The notes beneath the pieces are model-generated. The model had not been told where the DNA came from. It worked only from the letters and a program-made list of their open reading frames with translations, and ran no database searches. A program made the position numbers and the translations under genes. A stretch of DNA of 64,000 nt from positions 96,001 through 160,000 of the forward strand of contig OY843592.1 in NCBI GenBank assembly GCA_963692865.2, given 5' to 3'. This DNA comes from a bacterium. GTDB taxonomy: Bacteria > UBA8248. Numbering within the stretch: position 1 is the first letter of the stretch; each line of letters begins with the position of its first letter. Shown here one piece after another: positions 32,072 to 43,134 of this stretch.

Positions 32072-33217
32072 ATGAAAAAGTTCAGGCTCATCATCGCCGT
32101 CGCGGCGCTGTTCGCGCTCCTCGCCGCGGCGCCGGCCCCGGCCGAAGCGGCCAAGAAACTCAAGAACATCAAGGTGACGATGGCGAACCCGCTGTTCAAC
32201 CCGGGCATATCGTTTCTGTGGATCGGTAACTTCCTCGGCTACTACCAGGAAAACGGCGTGGACGCGCAGTTCGTCGCCGCACAGGGCGGCGCCCAGGCGA
32301 TGGGCTGGGTGCTCTCGGGCCGCACGCACGTCGGCCTGCCGAGGCCCATCCCGATCCTCTTCCGCGCCGCGCGCGGCAAGAAGATGCCCCCCGTCAAGGG
32401 CGTCTACATCCTGAACCGCGACGCCATCTACGCCGACGGCGTGGCCGTGCCGCCGGGCAGCAAGATCAAGTCCGTCTGCGACTTGCAGGGCAAGAAGGTG
32501 GGCGTGATGAGCCAGCGCGACTCGGGCCCCATCTTCGTGAGAAAGGCGCTCGAGACCTGCGGCATCCCCGCCGCCAAGCAGGAGGTGACGTATCTGCCCG
32601 TCGGGCCGGTCTCGAAGGCCGCCACGGCGATGAAGCTCGGCCGCGTGGACGCCTGGGCGAACGTGGACATCCAGTACACCCTGGCGGCGGCGCGCGGATT
32701 CAAGTTCGACATGATTCCCTACCAGAAGGACTGGACGCAGAACCTGTTCGGAAACGTGGTGTGGATCAACAAGAAGTTCCTGGCGGACAACCGCGCGACC
32801 GTGGTGGGCTTCCTGCGCGGCCTGGCCAAGGGAAGCCTCTTCTTCTACACGAACCCCGAGGCCGCGCTCCAGGTGCACTGGGTGCTCTACCCCGAGTCCA
32901 AGCCCAAGGGCATGAGCGACGCGGAGGCCACCGCCTTGATGATCAAGGTGCTGAAGGCGCGCGCGCCGAAGCTCAAGCTCGATGACGAGAAGATCAAGAA
33001 GTTCGGCGCGCACCACGACGGCGAATGGGCCGAGTACGTGAAGTTCGTGGGTCTGGACAAGAAGCTCACCGACGCGCAGGTGAAATCGCTCTACACGAAC
33101 GAACTGATCGATGAGGTCAACAACTTCGACCGGAACGAGGTGATCAACCGCGCCAAGAACTTCGACTTCGCCAAGGAGCTCAAGCGCTTCAAGGCGATGA
33201 TGAAGATGCAGAAATAA
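32072..33217 (+). CDS. ABC substrate-binding protein (SsuA/NMT1-like)
   Basis: Signal peptide, DLQGKKVGV; followed by permease and ATPase genes. Confidence 0.88.
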   Translation: MKKFRLIIAVAALFALLAAAPAPAEAAKKLKNIKVTMANPLFNPGISFLWIGNFLGYYQENGVDAQFVAAQGGAQAMGWVLSGRTHVGLPRPIPILFRAARGKKMPPVKGVYILNRDAIYADGVAVPPGSKIKSVCDLQGKKVGVMSQRDSGPIFVRKALETCGIPAAKQEVTYLPVGPVSKAATAMKLGRVDAWANVDIQYTLAAARGFKFDMIPYQKDWTQNLFGNVVWINKKFLADNRATVVGFLRGLAKGSLFFYTNPEAALQVHWVLYPESKPKGMSDAEATALMIKVLKARAPKLKLDDEKIKKFGAHHDGEWAEYVKFVGLDKKLTDAQVKSLYTNELIDEVNNFDRNEVINRAKNFDFAKELKRFKAMMKMQK

Positions 33218-33229
33218 AAGGCAGGCGAA

Positions 33230-34150
33230 ATGGCGACCACAGATCAGAAGAACGAAACATCAAAGAGCGCGGGCGGTCCCTCGCTTTCGGAGACGCTGCT
33301 CCAGAGGCCGTATCTGCTCTTCGGCGTATCCTTCGTGGTGTTGCTGGTCGTATGGGAGTGGACGGTTACCTACTTCGAGGTGGACGACTTCATCTTCCCG
33401 GCGCCCTCGGGCGTGGCGACGGCGCTCATGCGCGGGCTGTTCTTCTACGACGTGGGCAGCGGCGTGGGCGGCGCGGCAGACTTCATGGGACTGATGAAGA
33501 CGAGCTTCTACAACCACATCAGCCACACGCTGTTCGAGGCCGTCATGGGCTTTTTCATGGGCAGCATCATCGGGCTGGGCCTGGGGCTGGTGTTCATGCA
33601 GTCCAAATGGGTCGAGGCGATCATCATGCCCTACGTGGTGGCGTTCCAGACCCTCCCCAAGCTCGCCATCGCGCCCCTGTTCATCATCTGGTTCGGCTAC
33701 GAGGTGAAGTCGAAGATATTCCTGGCCGGTCTCGTGGCGTTCTTCCCGCTGCTGGTGAACACGATGGTCGGGCTCAAGTCCGCCGCGTCCGACCAGATAG
33801 ACCTCATGCGCTCGCTCTCCGCCTCGCGCTGGCAGATGTTCTGGAAGATGCAGTTCCCGAACGCCCTGCCCTTCATCTTCGCGGGCTTCGAGATAGCGGT
33901 GGTGTTCAGCCTGCTCGGCGCGATTCTGGGCGAGTTCGTGGGCGCCGGCCAGTGCATGTGGGGCGGCCGCGGCCAGTGCGGTCTGGGGATACTGCTCATG
34001 CAGATGAGCTTCAGCAGCGACACCACGGGCACGTTCGCCATCCTGGTCATCCTCTCGTGCATGGGGCTGGGAATGCACCAGGTGGTGCGCTTCGTGAAGA
34101 AAAAAGTGCTCTTCTGGGCGCCCGAGACGGACAAGACGATGGGCGCCTGA
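33230..34150 (+). CDS. ABC permease (SsuC/TauC-like)
   Basis: PKLAIAPL, FPNALPFIFAG, GEF. Confidence 0.92.
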   Translation: MATTDQKNETSKSAGGPSLSETLLQRPYLLFGVSFVVLLVVWEWTVTYFEVDDFIFPAPSGVATALMRGLFFYDVGSGVGGAADFMGLMKTSFYNHISHTLFEAVMGFFMGSIIGLGLGLVFMQSKWVEAIIMPYVVAFQTLPKLAIAPLFIIWFGYEVKSKIFLAGLVAFFPLLVNTMVGLKSAASDQIDLMRSLSASRWQMFWKMQFPNALPFIFAGFEIAVVFSLLGAILGEFVGAGQCMWGGRGQCGLGILLMQMSFSSDTTGTFAILVILSCMGLGMHQVVRFVKKKVLFWAPETDKTMGA

Positions 34151-34211
34151 TAGTCGGAATTTTCATGGAAACCGCCCCCGGCGGTTCTTTCGCCGGGGGT
34201 TTCGGGGAAAG

Positions 34212-34985
<774 letters not shown>

Positions 34986-35022
34986 GGAAAACACTGAATA
35001 GCCATTCTCAGGAGCGCAACGT

Positions 35023-35826
35023 ATGGAGAAACTCATCATCACCAACTGCGCGGCGGACAGCCGGAAGCACGCGGGCGTCCCCAAGCGGCTCCAGACGCCC
35101 GACGCCGTCGCCAAGGAAGTCAGGGAAAGCTACGAGGCGGGCGCGGCCATCGCCCACATCCACGGCATCCCGATGAAGCTCGAAAGCTGGGAGCCGCTCA
35201 CGAACGCTATCCGCGAGGCCTGCCCCGAGGTGCTGATCCAGTTCGGAATCGCCGCGATGGGCCTTCCGGGCCGGCAGAAGATCATCCATCTGAAGCCGGA
35301 CATGGCCTCCATCGCCCTGGGCTCCCATGACTTCGCCTTCGTGGACGCCGATCTGCTCGTCGAGCACTCCCGCCAGGAGATTGAGGACCAGGTGCGCCTG
35401 TTCAACGACCATGGTGTCAAGCCCGAGTTCGAGTGCTTCAACCTGGGGCATCTCTGGAACCTCGAATGGCTGCTCGACAAGGGGCTGGTGGAAGACCCGG
35501 TCGTCATCACCATCTTCTTCGGCTGGCCGGGCGGCTTCTACGCTCCCGCCACGCTCAAGGAGCTTCTCCACCGCATCGACCACCTGCCCGAGGGCTGCGT
35601 GTTCTCGTGCAGTTCGGCGGGCCCCACTTCCAACGCGCTCGAAACCGTCACCATCATCCAGGGCGGCCACGTGCGCGTAGGCACCGAGGATGAGCCCTAC
35701 TACGCCGAAGGCGTGCTGTGCGAGAACAACGCGCAGCTCGTCGCGCGCATCACGCGCATCGGCCACGAACTCGGGCGCGACCCGGCCACGGTCGATGAGG
35801 CGAAGAAGATACTCGGCATGGACTAG
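35023..35826 (+). CDS. Beta-keto acid cleavage enzyme (DUF849/Kce family)
   Basis: AGAAIAHIH, KPEFE, GHVRVGTED. Confidence 0.9.
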   Translation: MEKLIITNCAADSRKHAGVPKRLQTPDAVAKEVRESYEAGAAIAHIHGIPMKLESWEPLTNAIREACPEVLIQFGIAAMGLPGRQKIIHLKPDMASIALGSHDFAFVDADLLVEHSRQEIEDQVRLFNDHGVKPEFECFNLGHLWNLEWLLDKGLVEDPVVITIFFGWPGGFYAPATLKELLHRIDHLPEGCVFSCSSAGPTSNALETVTIIQGGHVRVGTEDEPYYAEGVLCENNAQLVARITRIGHELGRDPATVDEAKKILGMD

Positions 35827-35858
35827 ACTTTGGCCCGGCAACGCGAGAGGAGCAATGA

Positions 35859-36656
35859 ATGGAAAAGATGATGATCGTCAACTGCGCGGCGGACACCTCG
35901 ATGCACGAGGGCGTGCCGCAGCGCTTCGCGGATTCGGAAGTCCTCGCCGACTCGGTCGAAAAAGCATACGAGGCGGGCGCGTGCATCGCGCACATCCACG
36001 CGCCGCCCACGAACTACGAGGCCTGGGCGTCTCACTCCAGGGCCATCCGCGACAGGTGCGGGGTCATGCTTCAGTACGGCATCTCGACCCAGACGGTCGA
36101 TCAGCGGAAAGAGGTGGTCAAGAACCATCCCGAGATGATGTCCGTCGCGGTGGGCGCACACAACATGGCCTTCATCGCGCGCGACGTGATGATGCTCCAC
36201 CCCCGCGAGGAACTGGCCGAGATGATGCGGCTCTGCAAGGACTATGGCGTCAAGCCCGAGTTCGAGGTCTTCACGCTGGGCGAGACCTGGATGATCGACG
36301 ACCTGCTCCAGAAAGGACTCGTGGAGCCGCCGATATTGATGACGTGCTTCTTCGGGCGTCCGGGCGGGGCGTGGTCGCCGCCTTCCTTAAGCGAGTTCCT
36401 GCACCGCGTATCGAACCTGCCCGCCGATTCGGTCTACATCACGAGCGCCACCGGCCCCACCCACGTCCACATGCAGACGATGGCGGTCATGCACGGCGGC
36501 CACGTGCGCGTGGGCACCGAGGATGAGCCGTATCTCCACCCCGGCGAACTCGGCGACAACGCGGATCACGTCGCGCGCATCGCGCGAATCGCGGGCGAAA
36601 TGGGCCGCGAGATCGCGAACGTGGATGAGGCGAAAACACTGATAGGGATCGCGTAA
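35859..36656 (+). CDS. Beta-keto acid cleavage enzyme, second paralog
   Basis: AGACIAHIH, KPEFE, GHVRVGTED. Confidence 0.9.
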   Translation: MEKMMIVNCAADTSMHEGVPQRFADSEVLADSVEKAYEAGACIAHIHAPPTNYEAWASHSRAIRDRCGVMLQYGISTQTVDQRKEVVKNHPEMMSVAVGAHNMAFIARDVMMLHPREELAEMMRLCKDYGVKPEFEVFTLGETWMIDDLLQKGLVEPPILMTCFFGRPGGAWSPPSLSEFLHRVSNLPADSVYITSATGPTHVHMQTMAVMHGGHVRVGTEDEPYLHPGELGDNADHVARIARIAGEMGREIANVDEAKTLIGIA

Positions 36657-36665
36657 AAGATTTCA

Positions 36666-36988
36666 AAGGGGATTGTCGATAGCGGGATTCCGGGCTTTGG
36701 ATTCGAAAAGGAATGGATGGATTCATTCCCCCCTTGAAGGCCATTGGCAACTAATTGAAGAGGAGGAACCACTCCCCATCCAGAATAACGGTGACGGGAT
36801 ACCGCCTTGCCGGAGGGAGTGTAGGGGTCGCATACATGCGACCCGTGTTGTGAAGGCAAAAAGGCAGGGCCGCATGTATGTCGGACATATATGTCCGACC
36901 TACACACGGGGGATGACTCTTCGCAGATCGCTGAACGCCGGAATGTCGGTGAACACTCTCGATTGGGGGACTTTTTCAACAGCCCCGT
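36666..36988. repeat. GTAG-type REP pair within a decayed TIR-bounded element
   Basis: GTAGGGGTCGCATACATGCGACCC and inverted GTCGGACATATATGTCCGACCTAC; right end CTTTTTCAACAGCCCC. Confidence 0.6.
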
Positions 36989-37063
36989 AATGATGAGACT
37001 GATAGGTAAACATCATTCAAAAATTTCACAATTTCTCCACCCATACTCTTAAGGACGGATAAC

Positions 37064-38749
37064 ATGCCCAAGATGAGCGGGGCGCAGTTCATGGCTGACG
37101 CCCTCCACGCCTACGGCGTCACCCACATTTTCTTCGTGCCGACGATTCTGAGCCACTCCCTCGCCCAGATGGAGGAGCGCGGCACGGGCATCGCCCGCGT
37201 CCTCACCCACGGGGAGAAGGCGGCGGCCTACATGGCGGACGGCTACGCGCGCGCCTCGGGCCGCCCCGGCGTCTGCATGGCGCAGATCGTGGGCGGCGTG
37301 AACCTTGCGGCGGGGCTTCGCGACGCCCACCTGGCCTGCGCGCCCATCATCGCCTTCACGGGCGGCACCACGCCGCAGATCCGCTACCGGAACGCCTACC
37401 AGGAAATAGAGGACATCAGCGCGTTCGACCCGATCACCAAGTTCAACGCCACCGTGGATACCGTCGAGCGCTTCCCGGACATGATCCGCCAGGCCTTCCG
37501 CGTCGCCACCTCGGGAACGCCCGGCCCCGTGCACCTGCGCTTCGGCGGGAACCTGGGCCAGGTGGAGCAGGACGTGGCGGACCTGGAACTCATCGTCGAG
37601 GAGAATTTCAAAGAAGTCCCCGCCTACAGGCCGGAACCGGAGCCTGCGAGCATCAAACGGGCGCTGGAGGTCATCGCGGGAGCCGAGCGGCCCATCATCG
37701 TCGCGGGCGGCGGCGTCAGAACTTCCCAGGCCAACGCGGAACTCGTGGCCTTCGCCGAGAAACTCCAGATTCCCGTCGCCACCTCCATGAACGGCAAGGA
37801 AACGATTCGGGGCGATCACCCGCTCTCGGTCGGCGTGGTGGGCACGTATTCGAGGAGATGCGCCAACGAACTGGTATCGGAAGCCGACCTCGTCTTTTTC
37901 ATCGGCACCCAGACGGGCGGCATGACCACCCACTTCTGGCGCGTGCCGAAAATCGGCGTCAAGGCGGTCCAGCTCGACATCGACCCCGAGGAACTCGGGC
38001 GCAACTACCCGCTCGAGGCCTCAATTATCGGGGATGCGAAAATCGCCCTCGGCAAGCTCACCGAAGCGGCGGAAGAGGTGCCCGAACGCGGGGCGTGGCT
38101 CTCGCGCGTGGAGACGGTATGCGCGGCGTGGCGGGCCGAGTTCGCCCCGCTCCTGAACTCGGACGCCTCGCCCATGCGGCCCGAGAGGGTTTGTAAGACG
38201 CTGAGCGAGCGCCTGCCGCCTGACGCCATCGTGCTCGCCGACACCGGGCATTCGGGCATGTGGACGGGCGGCTATCTGGACCTCAAAAGCCCCGATATCG
38301 GCTTCATGCGCGCGGCGGGCCACCTGGGCTGGGGGTTCCCGGCGGCGCTCGGGGCGAAGTGCGGCGCGCCCGAGCGGCCCGTTATCCTCTTCACGGGCGA
38401 TGCGGGATTCTGGTATCACATCGGCGAAGTCGAAACCGCCGTGCGCTGGGGGATCAACGCCGTCATCCTCGTCAACAACAACGGCTCCCAGAACCAGGAG
38501 ACCAAGATTTTCGACGACGCCTACGGCGGGGCGCAGCACGGCAAGGCCTACGAACTCTGGCACTTCAACCAGACGAACTTCACGGAAATCGCAAAGTCGA
38601 TGGGCGCCGCGAGCGTCCGCGTGGAAAAACCGAATGAGCTCGGCTCCGCCCTCGATCAGGCCTTCAGCATGAAGGACGGCCCCGTGGTCCTCGACGTCGT
38701 AACCGACATCGAGGCCCTCGCGCCGGGCGCCTACGGGCCTGAGGGGTAG
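37064..38749 (+). CDS. ThDP-dependent enzyme, acetolactate synthase-like
   Basis: AYMADGYARASG, GDAG...NN ThDP motif. Confidence 0.92.
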   Translation: MPKMSGAQFMADALHAYGVTHIFFVPTILSHSLAQMEERGTGIARVLTHGEKAAAYMADGYARASGRPGVCMAQIVGGVNLAAGLRDAHLACAPIIAFTGGTTPQIRYRNAYQEIEDISAFDPITKFNATVDTVERFPDMIRQAFRVATSGTPGPVHLRFGGNLGQVEQDVADLELIVEENFKEVPAYRPEPEPASIKRALEVIAGAERPIIVAGGGVRTSQANAELVAFAEKLQIPVATSMNGKETIRGDHPLSVGVVGTYSRRCANELVSEADLVFFIGTQTGGMTTHFWRVPKIGVKAVQLDIDPEELGRNYPLEASIIGDAKIALGKLTEAAEEVPERGAWLSRVETVCAAWRAEFAPLLNSDASPMRPERVCKTLSERLPPDAIVLADTGHSGMWTGGYLDLKSPDIGFMRAAGHLGWGFPAALGAKCGAPERPVILFTGDAGFWYHIGEVETAVRWGINAVILVNNNGSQNQETKIFDDAYGGAQHGKAYELWHFNQTNFTEIAKSMGAASVRVEKPNELGSALDQAFSMKDGPVVLDVVTDIEALAPGAYGPEG

Positions 38750-38838
38750 AATGATCAGAAAGCTAAGCGTCGGATAACAAGAGAGTGCAGGCAAAGCAAA
38801 ATTGATACATAAGCCTCTCCAATTCACGACATTTATTG

Positions 38839-39210
38839 TCAAACCTCTAAAATTTTCTTGAGGTTCGCCCAAGACCAACGAATCAGTCGACCAGCATTTG
38901 GTACAGGAGTCGGATGAGAATCCTTGTAGCCAATTATCTGGACAATCGGTTTCCGCAACTCACGCGCTATCGCAACTTCTTTTCTCACACCAGAAGCACG
39001 GTGTGTTTTAGTACCTACAAGTACGATTACGATATCTGATCGATTAATTCTACTTTTCGCCTCCCGTTCCCAATTAGCCTGAGGGGCTTCTTCTTTCATC
39101 GACCAATCCGCAGCAGAAAACGGGGATTCAGGAAGTCTAAATTGCCCCGCAAAGAAATGTTTCAATACTTGATCCTCATCAAAATCAAAACTGATAAACG
39201 CTCTTTTCAT
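38839..39210 (-). CDS. TIR-like protein (ThsB/MTH538/DUF1863 type), second
   Basis: RAFISFDFDED, IVLVGTKT, VRKEV (putative catalytic Glu). Confidence 0.85.
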   Translation of the reverse strand: MKRAFISFDFDEDQVLKHFFAGQFRLPESPFSAADWSMKEEAPQANWEREAKSRINRSDIVIVLVGTKTHRASGVRKEVAIARELRKPIVQIIGYKDSHPTPVPNAGRLIRWSWANLKKILEV

Positions 39211-39234
39211 TACCTACACGCTCCATTCTCAAGT

Positions 39235-39735
39235 TCAATTATTCCTACGTATCGAGATTGCTTCTTCAACAGCATTGGCTAGATGTTTTTTAATCCAATT
39301 GTATCGCTCCTGACTGTTACTTCCTGCCGGATTGTAACATTTCACAATTGAAGAAAGTTTCTTGCCAGTTTTGCCATGCTTGATATAGTCAAAGGGATTT
39401 CCCCCTTTGGTTGATACTTTCCCGTCGGCATTTTTCAACCCGTGAATGTGAATGCCCACAACGCCCATTTCATCGTCCCACGCTTTAATAATCTCGTGGT
39501 TGATCCACTTACGTCCTGCCGTGTTTGAGCCTACAAGAACAACCGCACAGGTGCGTCCTTCCATTTGTTCGCCGATCCATTTTTTAATGGCTGTCTCTCC
39601 ACCTTTCTTTACAACTTCCCAAACATTGTCCGTAGCAGGTCGATTACCAACGATTACGCCTATGTTACGAACTGTAGCCACGCGCCAATTATCTGGTTGA
39701 TAGTGAAAACTGTAGAAAACTCTCCTTGTCATCAT
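39235..39735 (-). CDS. TIR-like protein (ThsB/MTH538/DUF1863 type), first
   Basis: RRVFYSFHY..DNWRV, VVLVGSNTAGRKWINHEI, GIHIH. Confidence 0.9.
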   Translation of the reverse strand: MMTRRVFYSFHYQPDNWRVATVRNIGVIVGNRPATDNVWEVVKKGGETAIKKWIGEQMEGRTCAVVLVGSNTAGRKWINHEIIKAWDDEMGVVGIHIHGLKNADGKVSTKGGNPFDYIKHGKTGKKLSSIVKCYNPAGSNSQERYNWIKKHLANAVEEAISIRRNN

Positions 39736-40157
39736 ACACACCTAATAAAGAGGATTGTCAGAAGTACGAGCATTAAAATTAAAAGAAATAAATAAAACCA
39801 GAGGACGGACCAAGACCAAGCAATTTTCCAAACGGAATCGACCGACTTGGCATATGGGCGGTAATCCAGATCAAAGGGAACTATTTCCTTTCCAGCCACG
39901 ATAGCCTCATGGAGTGCTCTATAACATTTTTCTAGGTGAAGATATCGGGTATCCATGAACCAAAAAGCGATGACAGGGATGCAGCCACCCACACCAATTA
40001 GCCAGTGCGGTTCTTCCGATAAACCTGAGAAGGCGAAAATTGCAGTAACCAGCGATACGGTCCAAGTTTTCATTTGGGTGCTATTGCCCGCCATACGGGA
40101 AACAATGGATTGAACCATTTTAAGGTGCTCGATCATCTTATGAGGGTCATTTTTCAT
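39732..40157 (-). CDS. Small multi-TM membrane protein coupled to the TIR genes
   Basis: HLKMVQSIVSRMAGNS..KTW, three hydrophobic segments; ATGA overlap with the first TIR gene. Confidence 0.8.
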   Translation of the reverse strand: MKNDPHKMIEHLKMVQSIVSRMAGNSTQMKTWTVSLVTAIFAFSGLSEEPHWLIGVGGCIPVIAFWFMDTRYLHLEKCYRALHEAIVAGKEIVPFDLDYRPYAKSVDSVWKIAWSWSVLWFYLFLLILMLVLLTILFIRCV

Positions 40158-40314
40158 ATCGTGAAATTACCACATCACTGAGTAACAAGAAAAGTTTTCA
40201 AAGTTCCAACAACACTTCGTTTGGATACAGAATCTCCATCATTACTTACCCCCTAAAACACTCGCACGATTAGAGTCAGCAAGCACACTTTACACCCAAG
40301 TCTGCACGGATGTT

Positions 40315-40420
40315 CTAATGCGAAAGTATCTGATTCAGGAAGAGTTTCGTGCGGTCGGATTGGGGGTTGTTGAAGAATTCTTCGGGTTCGTTCCGCTCGA
40401 CGACCCGGCCCTCGTCCATG
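40315..40420 (-). pseudogene. Duplicated 3' end (34 codons) of the amino-acid ABC ATPase gene
   Basis: 90/106 nt identical (hand count) to 44351-44456; MDEGRVVERNEPEEFF...LNQILSH. Confidence 0.85.
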
Positions 40421-40426
40421 CCCGGC

Positions 40427-40843
40427 TCACCGGCAATGCGTTGCCTCCAGGAAAGCGCGCAGACGCCGCGCCAAGGCATCCTCATCGACAAGTTCACACT
40501 CCCACAGCGTAAGCGAATTCCAGCCGGCGGTTGCAAGTTCGTCCAGTTGCTTCGCATGACGCTCGACGTTGCGCGCAATCTTCGATTCCCAGTATTCGGC
40601 GTTGGTTTTCGGCAGGCGGTTCCCGCGCTTGCACGAATGACCGTGCCAAAAGCACCCGTTCACGAAGATGACCCTCCGGCGCGGGCCGAACACGATATCG
40701 GGCTTGCCCGGCAAATCCTTCCTGTGCAGCCGGTAACGATACCCCATGCGATGCAATATCCGCCGAACTTTCATCTCGGGTTTGGTGTCGCGGCCCTTGA
40801 CCGCCCGCATCGTCCGGCTGCGTTGCTCGGAAGTCATCGTCAT
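40427..40843 (-). CDS. vsr: Very-short-patch repair endonuclease
   Basis: RSRTMRAVKGRDTKPE, LPGKPDI, FVNGCFWHGH, WECE. Confidence 0.95.
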   Translation of the reverse strand: MTMTSEQRSRTMRAVKGRDTKPEMKVRRILHRMGYRYRLHRKDLPGKPDIVFGPRRRVIFVNGCFWHGHSCKRGNRLPKTNAEYWESKIARNVERHAKQLDELATAGWNSLTLWECELVDEDALARRLRAFLEATHCR

Positions 40844-41697
40844 GACCGGCGAATGGGCGTTGGTTTCGACTCTTGTTGCAATTGTCCGCTGCGGTCGATG
40901 CGCGTCGTTCGAACGGTTTCAGCGCCTCGATGGGCCACGCTGAAACCAACGTAGTTGATTTCTTCCGGCTCGCAACGGAAGCAGTCGTTAAAGGCCTGAA
41001 GTATTTGAACATCAGAAAGCGCTTGCGGCCGGGGGTCGGGATTATTGCGGGGACTCGGAATCGTTGACGGCAAGACGTAAAGGCAAGGCGGCGGCAAACT
41101 GAACGGCCCCACAACGGTTTTTCGGGAAGAGCCGGTCAGCAACTTCGGACACGGCCTCCCTATGGCGCCGCATATCATGTCCCAGATGACAATCCCGTCG
41201 ATGCGTTGATTTCGTGAGATAATCTCGGCGCTCAGTCGAGTATGAATGCCGGACCAGGCATTGTGGCGAGGGTCGGCGCCCACGTTCGTGCAGACGCTCC
41301 AGATTATAAACTCATCCGCATGCGCGGGCCGTTCGAAAATGTTGGTGTTGTTGCCGTCGAGACACCCTTTCAACTCGATAACGGCCGTGCGGCCTGAATT
41401 GAGCCTTACGGCATAGTCATGGCGATTGGCTTCTCCCGCAGACTCCCATTTGCCGATGAAGCCCCCATCCCGCATATGGTCGAGAATATGCTTAACGAAC
41501 TCCTTCTTCTCGCGCATGGTAGCCGAGAATTGCCCGCGAATGCGTTCAATCGCGCCCCGGAACAAGCCGCTGCCGTAAAATTCCGTTTCATCAAAACCGT
41601 GATCGCCAAGCGTATGAGCCTCGGTTTTGAGAACTTCCGCAAATGCCTCTATTTTCTCCTGAAGATCCGTATTTCGTTCACATGGGATGACAGTCAT
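40840..41697 (-). CDS. Putative PD-(D/E)xK restriction endonuclease
   Basis: HDY...IELK motif; lies between the methylase and vsr with ATGA overlaps. Confidence 0.6.
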   Translation of the reverse strand: MTVIPCERNTDLQEKIEAFAEVLKTEAHTLGDHGFDETEFYGSGLFRGAIERIRGQFSATMREKKEFVKHILDHMRDGGFIGKWESAGEANRHDYAVRLNSGRTAVIELKGCLDGNNTNIFERPAHADEFIIWSVCTNVGADPRHNAWSGIHTRLSAEIISRNQRIDGIVIWDMICGAIGRPCPKLLTGSSRKTVVGPFSLPPPCLYVLPSTIPSPRNNPDPRPQALSDVQILQAFNDCFRCEPEEINYVGFSVAHRGAETVRTTRIDRSGQLQQESKPTPIRRS

Positions 41698-42839
41698 GCG
41701 GCTTCTTGCGCCTTAGGCATATGCAACAAAATTGGTTCTATAATCTCGTTCGCCAAAAAACGCACGACAGGCACGGCGACTCCGTCCCCTGTCAGGTGGT
41801 AGGCCTCGTTATAGTTGTCGGGCAGGATGTAATCATCGGGAAGTCCCATGAGCCTTGCGGTTTCACGGCTCGAAATGAGGCGCGTCCGCACCCTATCGCC
41901 TTCAACAAAAATAACCAGTTGCCTGCTGGAGCCGCCAACCGGAGTCCGCAGGCAACCGGCAATATCGTCGAAACGCACTTCGGCGCGCTGCACTTTGCGG
42001 CCGGACTCGTCTCGCCGCGTACGCTTGTAGATCGTGCCGATTATTCGCCGTCCTTCCCGTTTCGCCGAATGAACTTTATCGAGGTTCACGTCGCTCATCA
42101 TGCCGAGAAGCTTTTGCGTTTCTTCAGGCGCGTGCCAGGAAACGTCTTCGGGATCGTCTTCGACCAGGTCGGAAAATCCGATGCTGCGAGTCGGCGGCGC
42201 AGTGAGACTCCACCATATCCAGTTTTCTTTCAAGTGGATCGGCAATTTGTCGAAAGCGGTCCTCAGCGTGCGGGGATGAAACGTGTCGCTCGGATACTCC
42301 TGAGAAAGCATTTCAGGAACATCAATATCGTCTCTAACCGCAAGGAGCAGAAGCCGGGGTCGCGATTGGGGAAGGAACAACGCGGCATCAATAATCAAAG
42401 CGCCGAATCTATAGTTGCCGGCGTTCAGCGCACTGCAAATCGCCTGAAAATCCTTGCCATCGTGGGAGGTCAAAGTCCCGCGAACATTTTCCAGAACGAT
42501 GACGCCGGGCGCTCTTGACTCGTACGCGAGCTCCATCATCAGACGCCAGAAGGACCAGAAAGCGCTCGAGCGCTCGCCTTTCAAGCCGGCGCCCACTCCG
42601 GCAAGAGACAAGTCCTGACAGGGAAAAGAGGCCCAAACGAGATTGGCGGAATCAATCAGGTCGTTCGATGTTACGTTCCGGATATCATCGCATAGAAGAT
42701 GGCCGGCGCCCCAGTTGAGTCCGTACGTTGCGGCTTTCTTCGGATCAAAGTCGTTCGCGAACAGACATTGCCATTCATCCCCCAGCCCGGCGCGAGCCAT
42801 GCCTGCGCCTGCGAAAAACTCATAGAAACTGCCGATCAT
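41694..42839 (-). CDS. dcm: DNA cytosine-5 methyltransferase
   Basis: FFAGAG, SFPCQDLS, LENV, QSRPR, GDGV. Confidence 0.95.
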   Translation of the reverse strand: MIGSFYEFFAGAGMARAGLGDEWQCLFANDFDPKKAATYGLNWGAGHLLCDDIRNVTSNDLIDSANLVWASFPCQDLSLAGVGAGLKGERSSAFWSFWRLMMELAYESRAPGVIVLENVRGTLTSHDGKDFQAICSALNAGNYRFGALIIDAALFLPQSRPRLLLLAVRDDIDVPEMLSQEYPSDTFHPRTLRTAFDKLPIHLKENWIWWSLTAPPTRSIGFSDLVEDDPEDVSWHAPEETQKLLGMMSDVNLDKVHSAKREGRRIIGTIYKRTRRDESGRKVQRAEVRFDDIAGCLRTPVGGSSRQLVIFVEGDRVRTRLISSRETARLMGLPDDYILPDNYNEAYHLTGDGVAVPVVRFLANEIIEPILLHMPKAQEAA

Positions 42840-43134
42840 GCAGTCCACCTATGCTTTCGGGCGATGGGCAATGTCTAAAATACCGAAGCCTTCGCTTGGG
42901 GTCTTCCCAAGGGTAATATAATTTGCCTTCCTGTGGGAAACAAACGCGACAGCCGAGTCCGCAGTCAATGCGAAGCTACGAGACGCCCTTACCCGCCTGC
43001 TCCGAAGCCTCGTGAACCATCGGACGGAGATATCAGCATCGGCAAACCCTCTGTTATCATCAAGTTCTATCCCAAAAATTACCCAAAAACAAGCACGACG
43101 AATCCTCTACCCTCATGCGAAAATACCCGGCTCG

